Positions 25,898 to 35,481 of a stretch of 64,000 nucleotides of DNA are shown one piece after another. The notes under the pieces are model-generated. The model was not told the origin of the DNA. It worked only from the letters and a program-made list of their open reading frames with translations, and made no database searches. The position numbers and the translations under genes were made by a program. Within the stretch, counting starts at the first letter, position 1. The number at the start of each line of letters is the position of its first letter. The DNA is from a virus: positions 33,381 through 97,380 of the IMG/VR virus record IMGVR_UViG_3300042346_000326. One strand, given 5' to 3'.

Positions 25898-28567
25898 TTG
25901 AAATTGCTGCGTGCATCCGCAGAACAATATGGTTTCTTTAGTCGTTTAAACTTTTTACTAGGAGCAGGATTTATTTATCTGCTTCTTTCGATTCTTCCTG
26001 CTTATGCAGAGGAAACAACTTCTGCACCACCTGCGCCACAAGAAACAACAGCGCCAACCCCAGAGCCCACACAAAGTCCAACGTCATCTACTTCTTCTCC
26101 TGAACCTTCTCCAACGCCAACAGCCGAACCTTCACCGAGCGAAGCATCACCTTCACCAACACAAAGTCCAGAGCCAAGCCCAACCCCAACCCCAACAGAA
26201 ACCACAGCGCCTGAGACATCTCCTACTCCTTCCACATCCACTTCGACTGAGCCCGCTCCAAGTCCAACTCCAACGCCAGAATCTTCGCCTGCTTCCACTT
26301 CAACTCCGACTCCAACTCCTGAACCTTCTCCAACTCCAACCGCGACCTCGACTCCAGCGCCAACACCCGCTCCATCTTCTGAGCCGAGTCCAACTCAATC
26401 ACCGACTCCAGAGCCTTCACCTTCCGCTTCAGTGGCTCCGACGCCCATATCCAGCCCAGAACAATCCCCGTCCCCAAGCAATACAACACAAACGCCGACT
26501 GCCACCACACCTGAAACACCTACAGTCACCTCCGTACAAGCAAAAATTGAGACGGCAACTGTAACGCTAAATGCTGCAATTGAATCGTCAACTGTCACAC
26601 AACAAGCGGCTGCTGCTACTCAAATAACTGAGGCTCAAACTGCTATCACTGTGGCAGAGAGCGCCACGGTCACTGCTGTTGCTGCGCAGGCTACTGTTAA
26701 TGCTCTTTTAGATGCGCCAGAAAACACAAAAGTGTACACAACTGATGGTTATGTGGCTCCCGTTGCTCCGCAAACACCCACAGTTACAACAACAACTTTG
26801 CCTGTGATGTACGACGCATCAACTAAAATTCAAACTCCTTTTGATATAAAAATGGGTGATGTGGTATACAACGGTCAGGGTGCAGATAGCCAAATTTATG
26901 TAACTTCAAAGGCAACTATTACCTTTGGCACTGGAAACCATATCTGGTGGGATTTCCCTGCTGGACCAAGCATTTCAGTATTTGCCAGCGACTATATGAA
27001 TGCTGGTCAAGGCACATCTACTGTAGTAACTACCACAGATACAACTTTAGAAGTTGATTGGAACCTTAAAAAGTTTGGTGACAACAACAGCCCTATAACT
27101 AACATTAATTGGAAAATGACTGTCAACCCTACAACTGGGGAATGGACTGGTATAGGAACTGTTGCTGGCAATACTACTAATCTTTGGTATCCGCAACGCA
27201 CTGGTGTTAGAGAAACTGCAGGCGAGCCTATAAAACCAATGACAAATGTAACTAATGAGACCATTGCTGCGGCTCAAGAAACAGCGGCAACAAAACTTGC
27301 TACCGCAAATGCTTTAGCAAATACTGCAGTAGAAAAAGTAGAAACCGCTGTTACAGTTCTTCAAACTCCGATTCCTCAAACTCCGCCGACTCCAACACCT
27401 GAGCCAACTCCCGCACCGCAGCCAGAGCCAACACCACAACCACAGCCAGAGACGCAACCACAGCCAACACCACAACCCGAACCTTCACCTGAACCTCCTA
27501 CAAATCCGTCAACCGACCCTGCGCCAACCAATCCAACTCCTGAGCCCACGGTTCCAGGACCTCAACCTGAGCCTCAACCTCAACCAGAGCCTGTTGTACC
27601 GCAACCCGAACCAGAGCCTGAGCCTCCTGTGACGGAAGAGGATGACCCTGAAGAACCTGAAGTTGCTCCAGAGAATCCTGAAGAGTCTTCTGAAGAGGAA
27701 ACAGAAAGTCAGGAAGAGGCTCCAGAGGATTCTCCTGAAGATGACACTCCCGAAGACACTCAAGACGATTCAGAGAGTCCTCAAGACACTCCTGAATCTT
27801 CCGATAATCAACAGCCAGACTCATCAGAAGACCCTACAGACTCAGAAACAGAACCGACCCCAACAGAAGAAGAGACACAGCCCATATCGCCTGAAGAAGG
27901 CGACGAAACTGACGAGTCTTCTGTCGAACCCCAACCTGAAGAATCAGAAGAGCCAGAAACAGACAACCAAGAGCAATATAATCAGTCGGAAGAAACACAA
28001 GATACTCCTATCGTTGAACCAAGTAACCCAGAGCCTACACCAGAAACAGTTATCTCCGACGCACTTTCTGACGGTCAATTAACAACCGAAGAAAAAGAAG
28101 TCATAGTTACTGCTTTGGTCGCTAGTCTAGCACCAGGTGAGGCTATCTCTAGCGAAACTTTAATAGAGGCTGGAATTACTTATGAAGACTTACCTCCACA
28201 AACACCTGTTGACGTTAGAACCGATGAGAACGGTAATGCAGTTATTATTACTGCAGAAGTTGCAGCCGCCCTTGAACTAATCGAAAATCCATCTGAATTA
28301 ATTGGCGAATTATTTACTGACCCAGGTCAAGTTCTTCTTGCACTGGGAAGTATCGGTGCAGATATGTCAGAAGAAGAACGAGAAGAAGCAACAAAGATGG
28401 TCGTAGCAACTGTAGTCGCTGCAGGTGCTGCTATTAATGCTGCAACAACCGCAGCAGCCGCAGCAGCCGCTGCTGCAACAACAACGGGAGGGTCAACTGG
28501 AGGCAGTAGTTCAGGTGGCGGAGCGCCAACTGGAGATAGCAAGGCAGTTAGGAGACGCCGCAAATGA
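25898..28567 (+). CDS. large secreted/membrane-anchored Pro-Thr-rich and acidic surface protein
   Basis: Signal peptide ending AYA-EE; PT/PE repeats; central beta-rich domain; D/E tract; C-terminal hydrophobic stretch and RRRRK. Confidence 0.75.
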   Translation: MKLLRASAEQYGFFSRLNFLLGAGFIYLLLSILPAYAEETTSAPPAPQETTAPTPEPTQSPTSSTSSPEPSPTPTAEPSPSEASPSPTQSPEPSPTPTPTETTAPETSPTPSTSTSTEPAPSPTPTPESSPASTSTPTPTPEPSPTPTATSTPAPTPAPSSEPSPTQSPTPEPSPSASVAPTPISSPEQSPSPSNTTQTPTATTPETPTVTSVQAKIETATVTLNAAIESSTVTQQAAAATQITEAQTAITVAESATVTAVAAQATVNALLDAPENTKVYTTDGYVAPVAPQTPTVTTTTLPVMYDASTKIQTPFDIKMGDVVYNGQGADSQIYVTSKATITFGTGNHIWWDFPAGPSISVFASDYMNAGQGTSTVVTTTDTTLEVDWNLKKFGDNNSPITNINWKMTVNPTTGEWTGIGTVAGNTTNLWYPQRTGVRETAGEPIKPMTNVTNETIAAAQETAATKLATANALANTAVEKVETAVTVLQTPIPQTPPTPTPEPTPAPQPEPTPQPQPETQPQPTPQPEPSPEPPTNPSTDPAPTNPTPEPTVPGPQPEPQPQPEPVVPQPEPEPEPPVTEEDDPEEPEVAPENPEESSEEETESQEEAPEDSPEDDTPEDTQDDSESPQDTPESSDNQQPDSSEDPTDSETEPTPTEEETQPISPEEGDETDESSVEPQPEESEEPETDNQEQYNQSEETQDTPIVEPSNPEPTPETVISDALSDGQLTTEEKEVIVTALVASLAPGEAISSETLIEAGITYEDLPPQTPVDVRTDENGNAVIITAEVAAALELIENPSELIGELFTDPGQVLLALGSIGADMSEEEREEATKMVVATVVAAGAAINAATTAAAAAAAAATTTGGSTGGSSSGGGAPTGDSKAVRRRRK

Positions 28568-28731
28568 TAAAGTTCCTTAAAGATATGCTAGACCAACTTT
28601 GGACACTTTTGGGTATGTTTATTGCTTGGATTGTGCTCGATGGAAGTGCAAAAGACGTGGTTGGTTGGGCAACAATCGGAACTCTCGTTGCATGGATTGC
28701 AACGTATCCCCTGCGCAACCGCGAAGATTAA
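28564..28731 (+). CDS. small two-TM membrane protein
   Basis: MIKFLKDMLDQLWTLLGMFIAWIVL...; ATGA coupling; not in the ORF track. Confidence 0.65.
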   Translation: MIKFLKDMLDQLWTLLGMFIAWIVLDGSAKDVVGWATIGTLVAWIATYPLRNRED

Positions 28732-28773
28732 GAGATTATTTACCTTGAGAAGGGCATCTCATTTAGGAGATAT

Positions 28774-28968
28774 ATGGATAAGAAAGCACTAGAAGCAGCA
28801 GCAGCCACGTACTTACGTGCCGCTGCAGCAGCAGTTGCCGCTCTGTACATGAGCGGTATCACAGACCCAAAGACTTTGCTCAATGCATTTATTGCAGGTC
28901 TTCTCGGCCCATTGGCTAAAGCACTAAATCCAAAAGACCCGTCATACGGGTTCGGCAAGAAGAAATAA
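28774..28968 (+). CDS. holin-like small membrane protein
   Basis: Two hydrophobic helices, basic C-terminus; AGGAG RBS. Confidence 0.6.
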   Translation: MDKKALEAAAATYLRAAAAAVAALYMSGITDPKTLLNAFIAGLLGPLAKALNPKDPSYGFGKKK

Positions 28969-28983
28969 CACTGAGGTAGATAG

Positions 28984-29367
28984 ATGGCGCTTGAGGCAAT
29001 TGCTGGTGTAGTAATTCTTTTTGCATCAGTCTTTACAGCCTTGGGCGTCATCTTTCGCCCAGGCTACATAAGGATTAAAGAATTAGGAGAATGGTTCGAC
29101 CATTTTAAGAGAGATTGGATGGGCGAAGAAGAGGCTCCTGGTAGAGACGCTGTTCCTGGGGTTATGGAGAGGCTAAATAAACTCGATGGCGAATTAAGCC
29201 AGAATAGTGGGAAGTCTACAAAAGACGTAGTCAACAAAATGCTCTATAAACAAGAAAAGATGGAAGAGAAGGTCGACATAATGCTTGAGGCCTTCGTAGA
29301 GATGGGCGAGCGTCTTATCAAGATTGAAGACCACGTAGCCAAAAGCCATCCTGAAGATACCAAATAA
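28984..29367 (+). CDS. membrane protein with coiled coil (lysis-associated type)
   Basis: N-terminal TM; PGVMERL..NSGKS.KD. Confidence 0.55.
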   Translation: MALEAIAGVVILFASVFTALGVIFRPGYIRIKELGEWFDHFKRDWMGEEEAPGRDAVPGVMERLNKLDGELSQNSGKSTKDVVNKMLYKQEKMEEKVDIMLEAFVEMGERLIKIEDHVAKSHPEDTK

Positions 29368-29396
29368 ACTATCTAACTTTACGAGAAGATTAGGTC

Positions 29397-29807
29397 ATGG
29401 TAGATATTCCTTCACGTGATTGGAATCCCTTTCTTTGGGCTGGAAGTAAGTTAAGAACACCAACAAAGCCTGTAAAGAAGACTAACGAAACTGCAGGATT
29501 GCGCTCTCAACAAAGTTCAGAGACTCAATCAACTGCAAGTAAGGCTGGTGGAGTTCTTGATGTTCATTTTCAAGGAACATTAACTGCTCCATCTCAAAAG
29601 GGTGCGGGACACAAGGCATGGCTTGGACCTGTTGTTCCTCCAAAACCAAAAAGTTTAGAAGGAGTTCCATCTGTACGCAGAGGAAAGAGTGGACTTGAGG
29701 CAAACCCTGAATATCGAGAAGTTAAACGTAAGATTCAGCACTTCGAAGAAGCAGTAAACGCTGCAAAGGGTAACCCTCATCGTATTGAATTTACGGGTGG
29801 AATATAA
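29397..29807 (+). CDS. hypothetical protein
   Basis: 136-aa ORF, coupled to next gene. Confidence 0.55.
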   Translation: MVDIPSRDWNPFLWAGSKLRTPTKPVKKTNETAGLRSQQSSETQSTASKAGGVLDVHFQGTLTAPSQKGAGHKAWLGPVVPPKPKSLEGVPSVRRGKSGLEANPEYREVKRKIQHFEEAVNAAKGNPHRIEFTGGI

Positions 29808-30142
29808 TGCCAGCCTTCTTAAATAAAGACGATATGTCATACGAACACTTTAATATTGGTTCTGACTCTCAAGTTTCTCCTTTAACAGAAAAGGACAGAG
29901 ATATCATTCGGTTTTCTGCTCGTAAATTTAAGAGCGTAATCGACAGAGACACCGCTATTAATACAAAGTTTGGATTAAGTTCTGTAGACTACTTTAGAAA
30001 GTTAGAGGCGGTTAAAGACCATCCACATTTGAGTAAACGAGTACGTGGAAGAGTCGGAGAACTATTCTCTACTCCTGGTCCCATGACTGGAGGCACTCCT
30101 ATCATGGACAGCAAACAATTCTCACATGGAGTGAACTGGTAA
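29807..30142 (+). CDS. DUF3263-like protein
   Basis: LTEKDRDIIRF..AINTKFGLSSVDYFRKL resembles actinobacterial DUF3263. Confidence 0.55.
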   Translation: MPAFLNKDDMSYEHFNIGSDSQVSPLTEKDRDIIRFSARKFKSVIDRDTAINTKFGLSSVDYFRKLEAVKDHPHLSKRVRGRVGELFSTPGPMTGGTPIMDSKQFSHGVNW

Positions 30143-30420
30143 TGGCAAAAAAAGTGGAAGCATGGCAACGTAAAGAAGGTAAGAACCCTAAAGGTGGCCT
30201 CAATGAAAAGGGCCGTAAGTCATACGAACGAGCAAACCCTGGTTCTGACCTCAAACCTCCTGTAAAGCGTGAACAGGCAAAGAAGTCCAAGAAGTCTGCT
30301 GCGCGACGTAAATCATTCTGCGCTAGGATGGAAGGCATGAAGAGAAAGAACACCTCTTCAAAGACTGCTAGAGACCCTAACAGTCGGATTAATAAATCAC
30401 TACGAGCATGGGACTGTTAA
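30142..30420 (+). CDS. small basic phage protein (DUF6321-like)
   Basis: KNPKGGLNEKGR..RRKSFCARM..DPNSR..WDC. Confidence 0.65.
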   Translation: MAKKVEAWQRKEGKNPKGGLNEKGRKSYERANPGSDLKPPVKREQAKKSKKSAARRKSFCARMEGMKRKNTSSKTARDPNSRINKSLRAWDC

Positions 30421-30597
30421 ATGTTTACAAAACTACTTATTAAACTTGGCTTAAAGAAAGACCCAAAAGCAATTGTTGCAAATCTATTGAAAGAACTTGA
30501 TGCAATAGAATCTGTAAAGGTAATTCCAGCAAAAAAGAAGGCTACAGCAAAGAAGACGGCTCCTGCCAAAAAGAAGACGGCAAAGAAGGCTAAATAA
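30421..30597 (+). CDS. histone H1/HupB-tail-like protein (58 aa)
   Basis: C-terminal PAKKKATAKKTAPAKKKTAKKAK; not in the ORF track. Confidence 0.65.
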   Translation: MFTKLLIKLGLKKDPKAIVANLLKELDAIESVKVIPAKKKATAKKTAPAKKKTAKKAK

Positions 30598-30848
30598 TGA
30601 AATGCGCTAACTGCGATTCTGGTGCTCTTTTTGTCTATCAAATAACGGCAGAAAAAGAGATACTGTATTGCGGTAAGCATTTACCAAAGTTCTTAGAGTC
30701 CCGCAGGCGTGCAGGAAACTTAAAGACTACTGATGCCTTCGCTGAGGAACGAAAAACAGCCTTAGAAACTGTCGCATCTCCTGCAGAACCTGCAGCCCCT
30801 AAAAAGCGCAAGAAGAAGGCAGCAGAAAATAATGAAGGTAATTCGTAA
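30597..30848 (+). CDS. Zn-finger protein with basic tail
   Basis: CANC..YCGKH. Confidence 0.6.
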   Translation: MKCANCDSGALFVYQITAEKEILYCGKHLPKFLESRRRAGNLKTTDAFAEERKTALETVASPAEPAAPKKRKKKAAENNEGNS

Positions 30849-31068
30849 GTTCGCAGTACAAGGACATGCTGTACCATCATCCTCACACAGTCCAAGAGGA
30901 CCGTTTCCACCTGAAGTCCTAGCAGGACCTCAGAGAAGTTACGGCGATGACCATTCGGATTCCTTACATCCAGCACTAGACGAAGTACGCTTCTTCAAAT
31001 GTCGCGACTGCGAAGAGGTGCTTTTTGAGACTGAACTAGACAACCACACATGTGAGGAAGAAGAATAA
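30832..31068 (+). CDS. small Zn-finger protein
   Basis: FKCRDC..HTC. Confidence 0.6.
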   Translation: MKVIRKFAVQGHAVPSSSHSPRGPFPPEVLAGPQRSYGDDHSDSLHPALDEVRFFKCRDCEEVLFETELDNHTCEEEE

Positions 31069-31712
31069 TGGCCGTAAATAACAATGGGAATCTACTTGAT
31101 TCCGCAGGAAACGTATGCGTCGACAGAGTTTGGGGCAATATGCCTATGCAGCCAAACGATGAGCGCGACGAAGCAGTTCAAGGAGACTTGAGCGCAACTC
31201 TTAATGACCATGTCATTGCTTATGCAGGATGGAATGGTTATCCACTTTATACACCAAACGATGATGGAGCAGGCGTTGGATATGTAAACGTCCCATCTGT
31301 TATTGGTGTAGTTACAGCAACCGCTGTAGATACTCTTGATGATGCTGGTCTTACAGTTACTACAGCATCTGCTGCAACTAACTCTGCAAAGACAATTACA
31401 GCAGTATCTCGTACAACTGGTTCAACAACTATCCGTTTTACTGCATCAACACACGGATATTCACTTAACCAGAAAGTAACTGTTTCTGGTCTTGACTCCG
31501 AGTTCAATGCTACTTGGACGATTGTTAACGTTCCAAACGGAAACGCGTTTGACGTTACAGGAACTTCAACAGCATCTTATGGTGCATCAGGACTTTCTGG
31601 TTCTGTAGTTGCAGTATCTGGAACAATCAAGACACAGTCTGTTGCTGCTGGTGGAGCAACGATTGCAGTAGGACAAGCAGTAACTATTACACCTTGGGCC
31701 ACAGCCTCTTAA
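31068..31712 (+). CDS. PASTA-domain-containing protein with inserted beta domain
   Basis: VPSVIG..A..L..AGL and GTIKTQSVAAG..GQAVTIT separated by ~70 aa. Confidence 0.6.
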   Translation: MAVNNNGNLLDSAGNVCVDRVWGNMPMQPNDERDEAVQGDLSATLNDHVIAYAGWNGYPLYTPNDDGAGVGYVNVPSVIGVVTATAVDTLDDAGLTVTTASAATNSAKTITAVSRTTGSTTIRFTASTHGYSLNQKVTVSGLDSEFNATWTIVNVPNGNAFDVTGTSTASYGASGLSGSVVAVSGTIKTQSVAAGGATIAVGQAVTITPWATAS

Positions 31713-31717
31713 TATAA

Positions 31718-32551
31718 ATGGCTCGTATCAGAGGAGGAGGCGCAGCGGGTAAACGCCCTGCTGCCCTCCCTTCTGCTCAAGAATTGCTAGGCGCAATTGG
31801 AAAGCCATATGGCTTTGGTCCAAAACAAACATCAGGAATGATGAAAGCATTATCTACAGAGGGCGGATTTCAAAGCCCATTTGCTGCACTGCCTACAGCA
31901 GCGTCTACTGGTGAGTTTTTTGAAACAATCTCTTTATTAAACGCAACCGATACTATGCGTTATTACAATCCACAAAGCCCTGATGAAGTTGCATATCGCA
32001 ATCAGGCTGGTGAAGCAGTGTTTCCTACTCTAGGTGAAGACGTTTACTACGTAGACGCGCAAGGTAACTTTGTTGACCGTTCTGCTGGTCGCAAATATTA
32101 CGATGAAGACTTAGATACTGGTGAAGTTGTTATCCCTGGTGAAAAAGGACCTCAATTTGGTGAGTCGGATGCTCCTGCTCCTCTTTCTCTTGTACCAACC
32201 TCTTCAAGTAACCCAGACCGTCCTCGCACAGTTGCGGCTGGATATGACCGTAATCGTTCAGTGTTGACTGTTGTATTTCGTGATGGAACGTATTACAACT
32301 ACTATGAAGTAAACACTAATGAATGGCAAGACTTTAAAAAACGAGTGTCTAAAGGACAATACATCTATAAGTATTTAGACTACAAACCTCGTGGTGCAGC
32401 CAATGTAAATAGCCTTCCTTCGTATGCACGCACGGCTCTGTACAAACTTACTAGAACGTTGCAATTACAAAGAAGTGCAAAACAGTACGATAGGCTTGCC
32501 AAAAGTAATACTCCTAAAGCACCAAAGGCAAACAAACCAAGAAAGAGATAA
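31718..32551 (+). CDS. KTSC-domain protein
   Basis: AGYD..LTVVFRDGTYYNYYEV..SKGQYI. Confidence 0.75.
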   Translation: MARIRGGGAAGKRPAALPSAQELLGAIGKPYGFGPKQTSGMMKALSTEGGFQSPFAALPTAASTGEFFETISLLNATDTMRYYNPQSPDEVAYRNQAGEAVFPTLGEDVYYVDAQGNFVDRSAGRKYYDEDLDTGEVVIPGEKGPQFGESDAPAPLSLVPTSSSNPDRPRTVAAGYDRNRSVLTVVFRDGTYYNYYEVNTNEWQDFKKRVSKGQYIYKYLDYKPRGAANVNSLPSYARTALYKLTRTLQLQRSAKQYDRLAKSNTPKAPKANKPRKR

Positions 32552-32953
32552 ATGCCCAAGGCTCACAATATCGGACCACTATTTGTACAAATAACCAAGT
32601 TCCCCTATGAATGGGACGGTAAGTTTGTAGTCAGAGGGTGGACTCAAGAGATTGAAGAGCCGTATAGAACGGCTAATCCATTTATATTTAGACTGCCCAA
32701 TTATAAGGCTATGGTTTTTGGACTATGGACTGGTGCAAAAGACGAAGAGGATGCGTTAAACTCAGCGCTAGAAAGGCGGGATGTAACTTACGATGATTTT
32801 ACGGAAAAAGCGGGCTGGACACCAGCCCCAGACTCGGATAGAGAAACGGGTAGCGACGATTTCCACCCCAGACTTGATAACTTGGATGGAACAGTCGATG
32901 TTCATAATTGGGAAACACATAACAGTATGGCAGAGACAACAGAGCGAGGCTGA
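32552..32953 (+). CDS. hypothetical protein
   Basis: Abuts the upstream stop. Confidence 0.55.
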   Translation: MPKAHNIGPLFVQITKFPYEWDGKFVVRGWTQEIEEPYRTANPFIFRLPNYKAMVFGLWTGAKDEEDALNSALERRDVTYDDFTEKAGWTPAPDSDRETGSDDFHPRLDNLDGTVDVHNWETHNSMAETTERG

Positions 32954-33035
32954 CCTTGATGAAGTTCTTATGGGTGCAGAAGCATTTCATGCAATTGCCA
33001 AAGAATTAAAACGACGCTCTAACCCTGTGCTATGA
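32793..33035 (+). CDS. helical hypothetical protein (overlaps previous ORF)
   Basis: Amphipathic helical pattern; ends just before the terminase promoter. Confidence 0.5.
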   Translation: MILRKKRAGHQPQTRIEKRVATISTPDLITWMEQSMFIIGKHITVWQRQQSEADLDEVLMGAEAFHAIAKELKRRSNPVL

Positions 33036-33110
33036 TTTCTATGCTTCGCCTCTCTACAGGTCTAGCGTTGACCCACCCAAAAGGTGGGTCACGCTGTTTA
33101 ATGGGTGCAT

Positions 33111-34688
33111 ATGGAAGAAGATAAGTTTGAAGAAATAAATCCTGAATTCTATCTTCAGGATGAACAACCTGTTGAAGAAGATGTAGAGGAACCTCTTGAT
33201 GAGTTATCCCAACAGTTTGTAGACAAACTCATTGACAAGATGCTTGAGTTTCTTAAAGTACTTGTTGGGCATGACCTGCACCCTTATCAAAAGCCTCTTG
33301 CTCGTCGCATTATGGAATCAGTTATCATTAATGATGGCGAAGAAATAACAGCGTTAGCATCGCGTCAGTCAGGTAAGTCAGAGACGGTTGCAGACACGGT
33401 GGCTACTATGATGATTCTTCTTCCACGCCTTGCAAAGTTGTATCCAGACCTTCTTGGAAAATTTAAAGATGGAATTTGGGTTGGATTGTTTGCACCAACC
33501 GAAGCACAGGCTGAGACTCTCTTTGGTCGCACTGTTACTCGTTTAAGTTCAGAGCGTGCTGTTGAAATCATGGATGACCCAGAAATTGACGACACAGCCG
33601 CACGCGTAGGCGGGGTAACACGTCAGATTCGTTTAAAGAAATCTGGTTCTACTATCACAATGATGACCGCTAACCCAAGAGCAAAGATTGAGTCTAAGTC
33701 ATTCCATCTTGTAATCATTGATGAGTGTCAAGAAGCAGATGACTTTGTTGTGTCGAAGTCCATCTCTCCTATGTTGGCTTACTATGCAGGAACAATGGTT
33801 AAAACGGGAACGCCAACAACAAGTAAGAATAACTTCTATCGTGCTATACAGTTAAACCGTAGACGACAAACAGGACGCGCTGCAAGGCAAAACCACTTTC
33901 AATGGGATTGGAAAGACGTTGCTAAATTCAACCCAAATTATGAAAAGTTTATTCGTAAAGAAATGCTGCGTATTGGGGAAGACTCTGATGAATTTCAAAT
34001 GTCATATAATTGCAAATGGTTGCTAGAACGAGGAATGTTTGTTACGTCATCTATAATGGACGAACTAGGTGACACTTCACAAGAGTTAGTTAAGTCTTGG
34101 CACAAGACTCCTGTTGTTGTTGGAGTTGACCCTGCACGTAAGACTGACTCAACAGTTGTTACGATTGTGTGGGTTGATTGGGATAGACCTGATGAGTTCG
34201 GATACTTTGACCATCGCATTCTCAATTGGTTAGAGATGCAGGGAGATGATTGGGAAGAGCAGTACTATCAAATAGTTAACTTCCTTGAGAACTACGACGT
34301 ACTTGCTGTTGGTGTTGATGCTAACGGTGTAGGTGATGCAGTCGCACAACGACTTAAGTTACTCTTACCAAGAGCAGAGGTTATGTCCTTGACATCTAGC
34401 CCATCAGAACAGTCGAAGCGTTGGAAACACCTACAAGCACTACTCCAACGCAAAATGATTTCTTGGCCTGCCCATGCTAAAACTAGGCGCCTAAGAACAT
34501 GGAAACGGTTCTATCAACAGATGGTTGACGCAGAGGTTCAGTACAAAGGTCCTAACTTCCTTGTAGCCGCTCCTGATGAGTCTTACGCACACGATGACTT
34601 TGTAGACTCCCTTGCTATAGCCTGTTCCTTAACTCAGGACCTCGTTATGCCAGAAGTTGTGGCTTCAAGTAATCCTTTCTTTGGTTAG
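33111..34688 (+). CDS. terL: terminase large subunit
   Basis: Walker A SRQSGKS, Walker B IIDECQ, TGTP, nuclease GVDPA..D..HDDFVDS. Confidence 0.93.
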   Translation: MEEDKFEEINPEFYLQDEQPVEEDVEEPLDELSQQFVDKLIDKMLEFLKVLVGHDLHPYQKPLARRIMESVIINDGEEITALASRQSGKSETVADTVATMMILLPRLAKLYPDLLGKFKDGIWVGLFAPTEAQAETLFGRTVTRLSSERAVEIMDDPEIDDTAARVGGVTRQIRLKKSGSTITMMTANPRAKIESKSFHLVIIDECQEADDFVVSKSISPMLAYYAGTMVKTGTPTTSKNNFYRAIQLNRRRQTGRAARQNHFQWDWKDVAKFNPNYEKFIRKEMLRIGEDSDEFQMSYNCKWLLERGMFVTSSIMDELGDTSQELVKSWHKTPVVVGVDPARKTDSTVVTIVWVDWDRPDEFGYFDHRILNWLEMQGDDWEEQYYQIVNFLENYDVLAVGVDANGVGDAVAQRLKLLLPRAEVMSLTSSPSEQSKRWKHLQALLQRKMISWPAHAKTRRLRTWKRFYQQMVDAEVQYKGPNFLVAAPDESYAHDDFVDSLAIACSLTQDLVMPEVVASSNPFFG

Positions 34689-34758
34689 CCACACAAAGTA
34701 TCAAAAAGGGTGGAAACTATTACCAGGTATACCTAAACCTAGAAACAAGGAGTCTCCA

Positions 34759-35154
34759 ATGGCTATTTCACCAGCACCTCGCTTTCCAGAGCGTGCACCT
34801 AATGTCTACGAACGCAAGATGAGCGACAACCCAGTACGCCGTGGACCACTACGCTTTGAAGAAGGCGTTGCAACAGATACCGATGTTCCAACTGATTTCC
34901 AAAAGGGAATGGCACAGGGTTCCGCTGTAGCAGCAGGTCGTCCAAATCGTAATGCACCTGTATGGCAGAAGCCTGCCGCTGAAACTCTTTCAGAGCGTGC
35001 ACATGTCGGTTCCGCTGCTTGGATTGAAGCACCTACAATGTTAGGTGAGTTTGCGCATGGCACATACACAGACCGTGCAGAGCAGACAATTGAGACTGTT
35101 GTACGTTCAGGTGGACGTCAACAGCGCCCAGCACCAACAGTCGTAAACGACTAA
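34759..35154 (+). CDS. head-module hypothetical protein
   Basis: AAGGAG RBS before MAISPAP. Confidence 0.65.
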   Translation: MAISPAPRFPERAPNVYERKMSDNPVRRGPLRFEEGVATDTDVPTDFQKGMAQGSAVAAGRPNRNAPVWQKPAAETLSERAHVGSAAWIEAPTMLGEFAHGTYTDRAEQTIETVVRSGGRQQRPAPTVVND

Positions 35155-35223
35155 TTAATTTAGCAACCTGACCCCGCTCATACGGTAGTGTATGGGCGGG
35201 AACAGGCTATCTGGAGGAGTTCA

Positions 35224-35481
35224 GTGAGAAAACCCGCTAATCCAAAACTGTATGCAATGTTTGTTGCACAGGCAAAGGCTAAGTATTCAACATGGCCTAA
35301 TCCTGGTGCAAGTGCATGGGTTGCTAAAAAGTATCAACAAGCAGGCGGTCAATACGTAGAAACAACTGAAGCAGACCGTCGTAAAAAAATGGCAATAAAG
35401 AAACAACAGCATGAACAAGAAAAGAAACGTTCTGTAAAAAAAGATAATAAAAAATCCGAAAAGGATAAAGGCAAGAAGTAA
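35224..35481 (+). CDS. small basic protein (DUF5872-N-like)
   Basis: GGAGGAG RBS; PANPKLY..KKYQQAGGQY. Confidence 0.6.
   Translation: MRKPANPKLYAMFVAQAKAKYSTWPNPGASAWVAKKYQQAGGQYVETTEADRRKKMAIKKQQHEQEKKRSVKKDNKKSEKDKGKK

Noticed and set aside
26002-28563. Overlapping ORFs within the Pro/Thr-rich gene
   Set aside because: Shadow frames of low-complexity sequence
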